NCBI GenBank assembly: GCA_963717145.1
Contig: OY970325.1
Location: 3,424,001-3,488,000, forward strand
Direction: 5' to 3'
Source of the DNA: an uncultured Armatimonadetes bacterium
GTDB taxonomy: Bacteria > Armatimonadota > UBA5829 > DTJY01
DNA: 64,000 nucleotides
The notes beneath the pieces were generated by a model. It was not told the DNA's origin. It saw only the letters and a program-made list of their open reading frames with translations, and did not search any database. The position numbers were made by a program, and so were the translations under genes. Shown in pieces: positions 18,255 to 28,030 of the stretch (positions are counted from its first letter, which is position 1; each line of letters starts with the position of its first letter).

Positions 18255-19553
18255 ATGTCCGACTTTCCGAAAGGCGACACAAGCTGGTTCGTGAATGACC
18301 GCTTCGGCATGTTCATCCACTGGGGCATCTACGCCGCTGGCCGCCCGCCACGAGTGGGTCAAGCAGCTACGAGCAGATTCCGCGACGAGGACTACCAGAA
18401 GTACTTCGACCACTTCGACCCCGACCTCTACGACCCCAGAGTCTGGGCGCAGGAGGCGAAGAACGCCGGCATGAAGTACTTCGTCGTCACGACCAAGCAC
18501 CACGACGGCTTCTGCCTGTGGGACTCCGCGCTGACCGACTACAAGGCGACCGAACACGCCCTGCGGCAAACGGGATCTGCTGCAGCCCGATGGTCGAGGC
18601 GTTCCGGGACGCAGGAGCTGAAGGTCGGGTTCTACCACTCGCTCATCGACTGGCATCACCCCGAGTTCACCGATCGACGGCCTCCACCCGATGCGCAACA
18701 ATGAGGAGTTCCGCGAGGCGAACAAGGACCGCGACATGCGCAAGTACGCCGAGTACCTGCACGGCCAGACGCGCGAGCTGCTGACCCAGTTCGGCAAGAT
18801 CGACATCATGTGGTTCGACTTCTCCTATCCCGGCTCGGACTCGGGGATGGTCGAAGGGCAAGGGCCACGAGGACTGGCAGTCGGAGAAGCTGGTCAAGAT
18901 GGTCCGCGAGCTCCAGCCGCATATCATCCTCAACGACCGCCTCGACCTGCCCGACGCATGGGACGTCAAGACGCCGGAGCAGTATCAGCCGCACGAGTGG
19001 GTGAAGGTCGACGGCAAGCCGGTGGTCTGGGAGGCGTGCCAGACCTTCAGCGGGAGCTGGGGCTACTACCGGGACGAGTACAGTTGGCGCGAGCCCGACG
19101 AGCTGATCCGCACGCTGATCGACACGGTGTCGAAGGGCGGCAACCTGCTGCTCAACGTCGGCCCGAACGCGCGGGGCGAGTTCGACCCGCGGGCCATCGA
19201 GCGGCTCAGGGCGATCGGCGAGTGGATGCGGCTCCACGGCCGCTCGATCTACGGCTGCACCGCGAGCGAGTTCACCCCGCCGCCGGACTGCCGCTTCACG
19301 CAGAACGGCAAGCGGCTCTACCTGCATCTCTTCGCCTGGCCGTACAAGCACGTCCACCTCGATGGGCTGGCAGGCAAGGTCGCAGTACGCCCAGTTGCTG
19401 AACGACGCGTCCGAGGTCAAGATGCGGGAGATCGATCCGAGCCAGCAGGCACAGAATACCACGATGCCGGGCCAGGGTGGCGTGCTCACTCTCGAGTTCC
19501 CGCAGCCAAAGCCGTCTGTGGCCGTGCCCGTGGTGGAGTTGTTCCTGAAGTAG
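18255..19553 (+). CDS. Alpha-L-fucosidase (GH29), multiply frameshifted
   Basis: RFGMFIHWG, TTKHHDGFCLW, MWFD, GGNLLLNVGP motifs spread over several frames. Confidence 0.88.
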
Positions 19554-19572
19554 TATCGCCGAGAGGGTTCCA

Positions 19573-19637
19573 CGTCATGCTGAACTTGATTCAGCATCCA
19601 CAGACGATTGGATGCTGAATCAAAGTTCAGCATGACG
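19573..19637. repeat. Palindromic element, GTCATGCTGAAC..TTCAGCATC
   Basis: Near-perfect inverted arms, related to 525-591 with compensatory changes. Confidence 0.88.
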
Positions 19638-19674
19638 CCAAGCCGTTAGCTGTTCCAGGAAAGACCAGGTAGTA

Positions 19675-21420
19675 ATGCAATCGATCCGCGTGTACGTGCT
19701 CCTCGCCCTGTGCCTCTGCGTCTCCAGCAGCCTGTGGAGCCAGGATAGTCCCTACAACGGGGAACAAAGAGAGATCGTCGCCCCCGCGTCGCTCACGCCT
19801 CCTGTGATCGCGAACACCGGCCAGTTCGATGAGGCGGTCCGCTTCATCATCCCGGGGCCGCATGGGACGGTCATCTTCATGAAGCGCCAGGTGGTACTCG
19901 CACTTGAGCGGACGGACGACGCCAATCCGACTGCCGGCAAGGACTATCTCCGGCTGCTCCCCGATGAAGTGCGCGAGGCGGCGCTCACCCGACGGATACC
20001 GTCGCTCTCATCACCCGCCGAGGTCATCCGCATTGTGTTCGTGAAGGGTGATCCCGAAGCCGCGATCGAGGGGGTGGACAAGCAACCGACGTGGGCCAAT
20101 CACCTCGTCGGTAACGATTCCTCGAAGTGGGCCAGGGGCATCCCGATGTTCAAGGGAGTGGCATACCGCAGCGTGTGGCCCGGCGTGGACCTCATCTTCA
20201 AAGTCGATGGCGGCAAGATCACCTGCACCCCGGTTGGCAACGACCTGGACCTCGTGGAGTTCGAGCGCACTGCGAACCAGAGCCTCGGATCCGATGAAGT
20301 CGGCGAGACGCTTTCCAGCGCGCTCGGCGGCCGATGGACCGTTCGGAAGGGCAGACGAGTCATGCTCGACCGGCAGGGTGTCTTCGTGACCGGACCGGTG
20401 TACACCCCGGTCAGCGGGTCGGCCCTCGACGAGCCATCCGACTACACCGCCAACTGCTTTGTTCTCAGCGCCGATCTCTCCTCGGGCCGGCCGCGCTGGA
20501 TCACGATCCTCGGCGGCGGACTGCAGGACTCCCCCAATGGCGTCGCCGTCGACCGTCACGGATATGTGTACCTGACCGGATTCACGCGCTCGGCGGACTT
20601 CCCGATGGCGGTCGGCGACTGGGGGCAGTATTTCTCCGCGAAGCTCAATCCTTCGGGGAGCAGCCTTGCCCGGTCGACCTACCTGACATCCGGCGGCGGT
20701 GGACTCGGACTCGAGACTTTTGCGACTGAGTGGATGACTCATTCGGGGTACAAGGGTCCGCGGATGATTGCCATCGTGATAGACGACGGCAGGGATGAGG
20801 CTCAGATCAAGCCGTTCCTCGACCTCGGCATCCCAGTGACGTTCGCAGTCATGCCCTGGGTTGACCCGACGTCCATACGGCGGATCAAGTCGCGCGGCTG
20901 TGCGGCATTCCTCCATGCGCCGATGGAGGCCCTCGGATCGGTCAACACGCGCAGCGAGGAGATCACAATCGGGCAGACGGCGGCGCAGGTCAACGAACTG
21001 CTCGAGAGCTGGCTCGCGTTGACTCCCGGCGTGGTCGGAATCAGCAACCACAGAGGCTCGGCGGCGACCAGCGATCCCCAGACCATGAGATATGTCGCCG
21101 CCTTTGCGAAGAAGCACGGGCTTTTCCTGTACGATTCGAACACGTCGCCGGTGAGCATCGCGGTCAATATCGGCCGGGAGATGGGTGTTCCATGCATGCA
21201 GCAGGACTTCTTCCTCGACGAAAGAGAGCCGTCGCTGGTCAGGGCGCGTCTCCTGGCGATGGCGGACCTGGCCGAGCGCACGGGATACGCCACCTGCATC
21301 TGCCATGTGGGACGACCGGTCGTACCTGAGACCATTCGCGCGATGATTCCCGAGCTTAGGGCGCGGGGATTCCGGTTCGTCACCGTGCCGGAACTCCATG
21401 AGGCGCTCACAAAGCGGTAA
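19675..21420 (+). CDS. Secreted fusion: SBBP/beta-propeller-associated region plus divergent polysaccharide deacetylase (YibQ-like)
   Basis: GVAVD..G.VYLTG.T.S.DFP repeat. C-terminal AIVIDD, LHAPME, NHRGS, YDS.TS, ICH. Confidence 0.75.
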   Translation: MQSIRVYVLLALCLCVSSSLWSQDSPYNGEQREIVAPASLTPPVIANTGQFDEAVRFIIPGPHGTVIFMKRQVVLALERTDDANPTAGKDYLRLLPDEVREAALTRRIPSLSSPAEVIRIVFVKGDPEAAIEGVDKQPTWANHLVGNDSSKWARGIPMFKGVAYRSVWPGVDLIFKVDGGKITCTPVGNDLDLVEFERTANQSLGSDEVGETLSSALGGRWTVRKGRRVMLDRQGVFVTGPVYTPVSGSALDEPSDYTANCFVLSADLSSGRPRWITILGGGLQDSPNGVAVDRHGYVYLTGFTRSADFPMAVGDWGQYFSAKLNPSGSSLARSTYLTSGGGGLGLETFATEWMTHSGYKGPRMIAIVIDDGRDEAQIKPFLDLGIPVTFAVMPWVDPTSIRRIKSRGCAAFLHAPMEALGSVNTRSEEITIGQTAAQVNELLESWLALTPGVVGISNHRGSAATSDPQTMRYVAAFAKKHGLFLYDSNTSPVSIAVNIGREMGVPCMQQDFFLDEREPSLVRARLLAMADLAERTGYATCICHVGRPVVPETIRAMIPELRARGFRFVTVPELHEALTKR

Positions 21421-21427
21421 ACACGTC

Positions 21428-21611
21428 GTTCGGGAGGGAGTTATCGTTCGGGAGGGAGTTGTACTCCCTCCCGCGCCACTGAATACTTCGTTCGGGAGGG
21501 AGTTGCACTCCCTCCCGGCCTGCCAAACGCGGAGTTGTACTCCGCCGGCGCATGCAGGGAGTACAACTCCCGATTGAGTGCTGCGTGCCGGAGTACAACT
21601 CCGGCACGAAC
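21428..21611. repeat. Cluster of GGAGT-TGN-ACTCC hairpins (GTTC/GTTG REP family)
   Basis: Five complete hairpins plus one half unit. The terminal ones are inverted. Confidence 0.9.
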
Positions 21612-21641
21612 ATAGGCGAACATAGGTGATTGGTGAATGAG

Positions 21642-23537
21642 ATGAGACCACTGAGAGTACCCGAATCCATCGAGATGTGCGCGGCGGAGCCTGAATATGC
21701 AAAGGCGGATGAGAGGGGCTCGTGGACCCTGCGGTTCGTGCTCGCCGAACCGGTGACGCCGGAGCAGGACCTGTGGCTTCATATCCATGGCGGGCGAAAC
21801 ATGGCCAGTCGGTGGCCGGGCTTCCAGGCGGATGACGAATCGGCGGAGGGGTATCTGTCGCTCAGGACCGCATCCGGCGAGAGGCTGCGGGTGAAGGGCC
21901 GAACCGACGACGCCGGGGTCTTTTCGTTCGAGGTCCCATCGACCGGCTTCAAGAAGGGTGAGATACTACTCGCCGATCTGGGCGGTCAAGCGGGCATCGT
22001 CGCGCCGAAGCTCTCCGTTCCCGACCGGTTCTTCCTCCTCCACGCCGTGCCTATGGATACCGAGCTGCGGCATCCCGTGCTATTCGGCGAGCGGCCCGAG
22101 CGCGTCGTCGGCCTCTGCATGATCGACATCATCGGGAGCGATCCGGTATCGATCCGCGCCCTCGCGCCGAGTGTGGTCTCACCAGGGGAGGAGTTCTCCA
22201 TTCTGGTCAGGCCGGAGGATAGGCATCGGAACGTCGCATGCGCCGCGCCCGGCGAGCTGATCGTTCGACTGAACGGGCGCGAGATCCCTGCCAGACGCGT
22301 CCCCGTCGAGGGCTCGACCTGCTGCCGTCTCGAGGGAATCATCCTTCCGGACGAAGGTGTCTGTCGGCTCGAGGTCGAGGATCGCTCGAAGGGCTCTCGG
22401 GCGGTCACGAATCCGATCGTCGTGCAGAACGGCGTGCAGCTTCTTTGGGGCTCGATCCACGGCCACACGCAGGTCTCGGACGGCACGGGTTCGCTCGACC
22501 GGTACTTCACTCAGATGCGGGACGAGTGCGCGATCGACTTCGGCGCGACCGCCGACCACGACCACGCCGAGTTCCTTCCCGAGGAGATATGGCAGCTCAG
22601 CCAGGAAGCGGTCGTGAGGCACAATCAGCCCGGCCGGTTCACCGCGTTCCTCGGGTATGAGTGGGCGAAGTGGCGGAAGAGGGGCGACGGCGACCGGAAC
22701 GTCTACTTCCTGCGCGACCGCCGGCCGATCTACCGTTCGGACGACGATGCATATCCGACTCCGCAGGCGCTCTTCGAGGCGCTCAGGGACGAGGAGGCGC
22801 TCGTCATCCCGCATCACCCGGCGCATATCGGCAACCACAACGACTGGAAGGACCACGATCCCGACAAGGAACGCCTGGTCGAGATCCACTCGTACTGGGG
22901 CTGCTCCGAACGTAGCGCCGAGGACGGCAATCTGTACAACGGCATGCCGGTTGCGGAGAATCCCAATTCGGGCGTCAATCCGCTCGGATTCGTCCAGCGT
23001 GGCCTGGCGATGGGATGGCGAGTCGGATTCGTCGCGGCGGGTGACGATCATCACGGGCATCCGAGCGACATGACGATCAGGAGCAAGTCATCGGGAGACT
23101 ACCCGGGCGGATTCACGGCGGTCTATGCGAGGGAGAACACTCGTGAGGCGATCTTCCGGGCCATGTACGACCGACGCTGTTATGCAACCACCGGCGCCAG
23201 GATCGTCGCGGACTACTCGGTCAGCGGCCATCCGATGGGCTCGGAGGTCAACCTCCATAAGCATCCCGATCTGGCGAACGAGCGCAGGATCGAGGTGTCG
23301 GTCCACGGCACGGCGAAGATCAAGACGGTCGAGATCGTTCGGAACAACATCGATGTCCACACGGTCCGACCGGACGGCCCGGATGCGGAGTTCGAATGGA
23401 CCGACCCTGATCCGTTTTCGGAGATCAACCTGCCGCCGGCGAAGTACTCGGCGGTTCCGTTCACGTTCTACTACATCCGGGTCACCCAGGAGGACGACCA
23501 GATCGCCTGGCTCAGCCCGGTGTGGATCCTGCCGTAG
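21642..23537 (+). CDS. DUF3604 / PHP-like metallohydrolase
   Basis: WGSIHGHT..SDG, DHD, GYEW, IPHH, GDDH and TAVYA....REAIF.A...R.CYATTG motifs. Confidence 0.8.
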   Translation: MRPLRVPESIEMCAAEPEYAKADERGSWTLRFVLAEPVTPEQDLWLHIHGGRNMASRWPGFQADDESAEGYLSLRTASGERLRVKGRTDDAGVFSFEVPSTGFKKGEILLADLGGQAGIVAPKLSVPDRFFLLHAVPMDTELRHPVLFGERPERVVGLCMIDIIGSDPVSIRALAPSVVSPGEEFSILVRPEDRHRNVACAAPGELIVRLNGREIPARRVPVEGSTCCRLEGIILPDEGVCRLEVEDRSKGSRAVTNPIVVQNGVQLLWGSIHGHTQVSDGTGSLDRYFTQMRDECAIDFGATADHDHAEFLPEEIWQLSQEAVVRHNQPGRFTAFLGYEWAKWRKRGDGDRNVYFLRDRRPIYRSDDDAYPTPQALFEALRDEEALVIPHHPAHIGNHNDWKDHDPDKERLVEIHSYWGCSERSAEDGNLYNGMPVAENPNSGVNPLGFVQRGLAMGWRVGFVAAGDDHHGHPSDMTIRSKSSGDYPGGFTAVYARENTREAIFRAMYDRRCYATTGARIVADYSVSGHPMGSEVNLHKHPDLANERRIEVSVHGTAKIKTVEIVRNNIDVHTVRPDGPDAEFEWTDPDPFSEINLPPAKYSAVPFTFYYIRVTQEDDQIAWLSPVWILP

Positions 23538-23661
23538 GGGAGGCCTTCAACGGCCTCCCGGGGGTTGTTCGGGATGGAGTTGTACTCCATCCCGCGCCAC
23601 AGAATGAGGAGTTGAACTCCTCGGGAAGTACCGGGTGCTGGAGTACAACTCCAGCACCAAC
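23534..23661. repeat. GTAG REP plus composite GTTC/GTTG hairpin element
   Basis: gtaggggaggccttcaacggcctccc supplies the upstream TAG stop. Three GGAGT..ACTCC hairpins follow at 23567-23661. Confidence 0.9.
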
Positions 23662-23687
23662 GACGTGGTGTTTTTCTGAGGGTTTGA

Positions 23688-25070
23688 ATGGCCAACAACC
23701 TTACAAGAAGAGAGTTCCTGAAAACATCAGCGGCGGTGGCCGCATTGGGAGGGATAGGCATGTCTGACGCAATCGGCGCGACAGAGCGCACCACGAAGCC
23801 GAACTTCGTCGTCATCTACTGCGACGACCTGGGATATGGCGACCTGAGCTGCTTCGGCTCGAAGGATATAAAGACGCCGCACCTCGATGCGCTCGCGATG
23901 GATGGCGCGCGGTTCACGAACTGGTACTCGAACTGCCCGGTCTGCTCGCCGTCGAGGGCGTCGCTGCTGACCGGCCGATATCCCCAGAACGCCGGGGTCA
24001 CGAGCATCCTCGCGGGCAGGCGGGATACCCCCGGCCTCAAGCCGGATCAGGTCACAATCGCGAAGGCGCTCAAGCCTTTGGGGTACCGGACCGCGCTCTT
24101 CGGCAAGTGGCATCTCGGCCTCGCGGATGGATGCCGTCCGAACGACCACGGGTTCGACGAGTTCTATGGCTTCATGGCCGGCTGCGTCGATTACTACTCG
24201 CATATCTTCTACTGGGGAGTCGGCAAGGGCGTCAATCCCACGCATGACCTATGGCACAACGAGCAAGAGGTCTGGAACAACGGGCGGTATCTGACCGAAC
24301 TGATCACCAAGAAGTCGGTCGAATTCATCTCTGAGCAGGACTCGCCGTTCTTCCTATATGTGCCGTACAACGGACCGCACTACACGATGCACGCGCCTCA
24401 GGAATACCTCGACCGCTATCCCGATCTGCCGTGGGACAAGCAGATCATGGCCGCGATGATATCGGCGGTGGATGACGGTGTCGGCGAGATCGTGGAGGCG
24501 CTCAAGAAGTCCGGGCAGTACGAGAACACGGTGATCTTCTTCTCCAGCGACAACGGGCCCTCTGTCGAGACGCGCAACTGGCTCGACGGCACGGAGGACC
24601 CATACTATGGAGGCAGCGCGGGGATTTTCCGCGGGCACAAGGGCAGCCTGTTCGATGGTGGGATCCGCGAGCCGGCGATCATTTCGTGGCCCGAGCGCAT
24701 CAAGGCCGGACAGACCTGCGACACGGTTGGCGTGATGATGGACATCTTCCCGACGATCCTGGGGATCGCGGGCGGTCAGGCGCAGGACATCGACGGCTCG
24801 GACATCCTGCCGATGGTGACATCGGGCGCTCCGAGTCCACACGATCGGGTGTTCTGGGACTACAACGGCCAGCTCGCGGTCCGTCAGGGGAAATGGAAGC
24901 TCGTGCTCAATGGCCGGCTCGATTTCCAGCGAGGTGTGGCGGATGAGGTACATCTCTCCGACCTGGAGGCGGATCCCGGCGAGCGGACGAACCTCGCGGG
25001 AGAGCAGCCGGCGTTGACCAGGCAGTTGACCGAGGCCGTCCAAGAGTGGCAGAAGTCGCTGCAGGAATAG
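23688..25070 (+). CDS. Tat-exported arylsulfatase-family sulfatase
   Basis: TRREFL, DDLGYGD, CSPSRASLLTGRY, GKWHLG, SDNG. Confidence 0.93.
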   Translation: MANNLTRREFLKTSAAVAALGGIGMSDAIGATERTTKPNFVVIYCDDLGYGDLSCFGSKDIKTPHLDALAMDGARFTNWYSNCPVCSPSRASLLTGRYPQNAGVTSILAGRRDTPGLKPDQVTIAKALKPLGYRTALFGKWHLGLADGCRPNDHGFDEFYGFMAGCVDYYSHIFYWGVGKGVNPTHDLWHNEQEVWNNGRYLTELITKKSVEFISEQDSPFFLYVPYNGPHYTMHAPQEYLDRYPDLPWDKQIMAAMISAVDDGVGEIVEALKKSGQYENTVIFFSSDNGPSVETRNWLDGTEDPYYGGSAGIFRGHKGSLFDGGIREPAIISWPERIKAGQTCDTVGVMMDIFPTILGIAGGQAQDIDGSDILPMVTSGAPSPHDRVFWDYNGQLAVRQGKWKLVLNGRLDFQRGVADEVHLSDLEADPGERTNLAGEQPALTRQLTEAVQEWQKSLQE

Positions 25071-25140
25071 GACCGTCTCGCGCGGAAAGTGTTAACGCGT
25101 GTATCGTGATCGAGACCCTTGATCGGAGGTAGCTGGGAGT

Positions 25141-26505
25141 ATGACGAATCGGATGAACCGCAGGGAATTTCTGGGAAATGGCGGCAAGGCCGCGCTCGGA
25201 GTCGGCCTCGGGATGACCGTCGCCAGTGCGCTCGCCACGCCTGCGCTCGGCCAGCAAACGACGGTTGGCGCAAATGACAAGATACGCATGGGAGCCATCG
25301 GAGTCGGCGGCATGGGCACCGGCAACATGAATGCGTTCATGGAGCAGCCGGAAGTCGAGGTGGTCGCCGTATGCGACGTGGACGAGAACTTCCTGAACAG
25401 GGCGTCCGGCCTGGTTGAAGCGAAGTATGGCCGGAAACCGCTGGCGACTAAGGATTTCCGCAAGGTCCTGGACATGAAGGAAATCGACGCGGTGATGATC
25501 GGCACACCCGATCACTGGCACGCGCTTCCGTTCATCATGGCATGCGAGGCCGGCAAGGACGTGTTCTGCGAAAAGCCGATCTCACATGACATCTACGAGG
25601 GCCGGATGATGGTCGGAGCGGCGAGAGACAACAAGCGTGTCAGCCAGATCAACACCTGGCAGAGGAGTTCGGGGTTCTTTCGCCAGGCGATCGACTTCGT
25701 CCGGACCGGCGGCATGGGCAAGGTCCGCGTGTGCCGGGCATGGGTCAACGGTCCGGCCGGGCTCGGCAAGAATCCGATCAAGGATCCGCCCGCACATCTC
25801 GACTGGGATTTCTGGTGCGGGCCCGCGCCGAAGAACCCGTATCACGACACCTATCATCCCGGCATGTGGCGGCTCTATTACGACTACGGCACCGGCATGA
25901 GCGGCGACTGGGGCGTCCACATGATCGACATCATCCTGCTCGGCATGAACGCGACCTCTCCGCTCGAGGTATCGTCGGTCGGCGGCAAGCTCTTCTGCGA
26001 CCCGGACGATGATCGGGACAGCCCGGACACGATGATGGCGGTCTACAGGTTCCCCGACTGGGTGATGAACTGGGAGATCAAGTGCGGCGGCGAGGGCCTC
26101 GACGGAAGCAAGGTCGGCCACGGCGCTGAGTTCATCGGCGAGAAGGGCAAGATGATCATCACCCGCGAGGGCATCAACTGGAGTCCTTACGGCGACAACC
26201 CCGGCCCTCAGGATGCCGGCAAGGATCAGGGCGGCGATGCTCCGAACCGATGGTCGGACGCTAACCACATCGGCGACTTCCTGGAGAACATGAAGACGCG
26301 CGGCAAGTGCCGGTCGGACATCGAGTCGATGTACTACACGACGACCGCCTGCCATCTGTCGAACCTGTCGTACCAGGCGGGCCGGAGCATCAAGTGGGAC
26401 GGCGCGAAGGGCGTCGTAATCGGCGACGACAAGGCGATGCAGTTCCGCGCCTACAAGACGAACTACCGCAAGCCCTGGAAGCTCCCGAAACACGAGTGGG
26501 CCTAG
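25141..26505 (+). CDS. Tat-exported Gfo/Idh/MocA oxidoreductase
   Basis: NRREFL, IGVGGMG, TPDHWH, EKP, DWGVHMID. Confidence 0.92.
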   Translation: MTNRMNRREFLGNGGKAALGVGLGMTVASALATPALGQQTTVGANDKIRMGAIGVGGMGTGNMNAFMEQPEVEVVAVCDVDENFLNRASGLVEAKYGRKPLATKDFRKVLDMKEIDAVMIGTPDHWHALPFIMACEAGKDVFCEKPISHDIYEGRMMVGAARDNKRVSQINTWQRSSGFFRQAIDFVRTGGMGKVRVCRAWVNGPAGLGKNPIKDPPAHLDWDFWCGPAPKNPYHDTYHPGMWRLYYDYGTGMSGDWGVHMIDIILLGMNATSPLEVSSVGGKLFCDPDDDRDSPDTMMAVYRFPDWVMNWEIKCGGEGLDGSKVGHGAEFIGEKGKMIITREGINWSPYGDNPGPQDAGKDQGGDAPNRWSDANHIGDFLENMKTRGKCRSDIESMYYTTTACHLSNLSYQAGRSIKWDGAKGVVIGDDKAMQFRAYKTNYRKPWKLPKHEWA

Positions 26506-26721
26506 CGGAATGCGGAATGGCGAATGCGGAACGCGGAGTGGGCCGCGGACTGCACGCAGGGAAATACGATAGGGAACACGTTCGGGCAGGAGTTGGACTC
26601 CTGCCCGATCTGTTTATCTGCCGGTCGGATTGAAGTGGCCGTGCCCGGGCCGACCTCCCGGCAGGACCTGGTAGAATTGCCGGTCTTTCGCTCTACGCTT
26701 GGTCGCTGGCACATCGGCCTA

Positions 26722-26749
26722 TTGACTTTTTCAGTGATTGGAGTAAAAT
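26722..26749 (+). promoter_or_regulatory. Putative sigma70 promoter
   Basis: TTGACT-16 nt-TAAAAT upstream of the low-GC island. Confidence 0.5.
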
Positions 26750-26859
26750 GGTCATAAGCTCGTAGCCATACCGGGGCTGCTCAGAGCAGTTTGAGGTAGT
26801 GCCAGCGGGCGTTCTGTTTGCATCAGCCCCGAAGAGGGCGGAAACGGGTGGAGAGAAGA

Positions 26860-27983
26860 ATGAGGAATGTTAGAGCTAGTACCCTTATGTTCCTAGTGCT
26901 GTATGCCGGCAGCTCTTGCCAAGCCGCTTGGCGGGTTCAAACAGTGGCAAGCCAGGGCGATGTAGGGCCCTGGTGCTCGATGGCGCTGGATGGCAACTCG
27001 GAGCCTTGCGTCAGCTACTCCGACGCCAACAACCAAGCGTTGAAATACACAAAGCACGTGGGCTCAGTATGGACAACAGAGACAGTTGATACTGGCGGCA
27101 CAGACAACTCAATTGCGTTCGACCCCGGTGGGAGACCCAGTATAGCCTACTGGTGGGGGGGAAGCTAAGGTGTGCCAGGTGGAACGGCTCGACTTGGACC
27201 AAGGAGACCTTGGGCACAGGATATCATGCATGCACTTCCATTGCGTTTGACAGTATTGGCAATCCGCATGTCGCTTCCATTGTCACGGAAACGAGCTCTC
27301 TACTATACGCCTATTGGAACGGGTCCTCGTGGTCGCACCGGGACATGACAGCCACGAATGGCTACCTCACTTCAGAGGTTTCCTTGGCTCTTAACGCCAC
27401 TGGAGGTCCATCTGTCACGTACCACGAGCAGATTATGACCCTGGGCTATGCCTACTGGAATGGCTCTTGTTGGGTGCAGACTACTGTTGACAACGGGAAC
27501 GTAGGCCACTGCTCTTCGCTCAAGTTCGATGCTCTGGGGCGGCCCCACATCGCCTATTCGGACTACCGTAACAGCAGTCTGAAGTATGCTTGGTGGAACG
27601 GGGTGTCGTGGGCATTGGAGACGGTGGATTCCACGGGAGACTGCTGGCGAGACCCATCCCTCGAGTTGGATGCGTTCGGCAGACCACACATCGCCTACTT
27701 TCGACAAGACCACCACGACGTTGGGTACGCAAGGTGGAACGGTACTGCTTGGGTCAAGGAGATAGTGGACCGCGGAACGTATCCCGACGACAACGTTGGT
27801 GCCGATGTTACGCTGGAATTGGATAGCGGGGGATACGCCCACATGTGCTATTACGACGCAACAAACGAAAATATCCGGTATGCAACCAACAAGCCGGTAT
27901 CGGAACCGTCTGGGCTGTTAGCCCTCGCCTGTGGCGTGAGCGCAGTCGCCGGCATGGCATGGCGCGGGAGAAGGCAGGACTGA
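26860..27983 (+). CDS. Secreted beta-propeller-like repeat protein with PEP-CTERM-like tail (frameshift at G7)
   Basis: Repeats S(L/I).FD..G.PHIAY...L.YA.WNG..W..E.VD. C-terminal VSEPSGLLAL-TM-RGRR. One more G at 27155-27161 joins the two ORFs. Confidence 0.72.
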
Positions 27984-28030
27984 GCACGGATGCGTGCTAG
28001 CGCTGAGGAGTCTTGAAGGAGCTGTCAGGT

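Noticed and set aside
21428-21611. Possible CRISPR array
   Set aside because: Units vary in sequence and orientation, spacing is irregular, copies are dispersed, and no cas genes are present.
26760-26835. Riboswitch in the island leader (cggggctg..cagccccg pairing)
   Set aside because: Only one short stem and no recognisable aptamer consensus. An Rfam scan would be needed.
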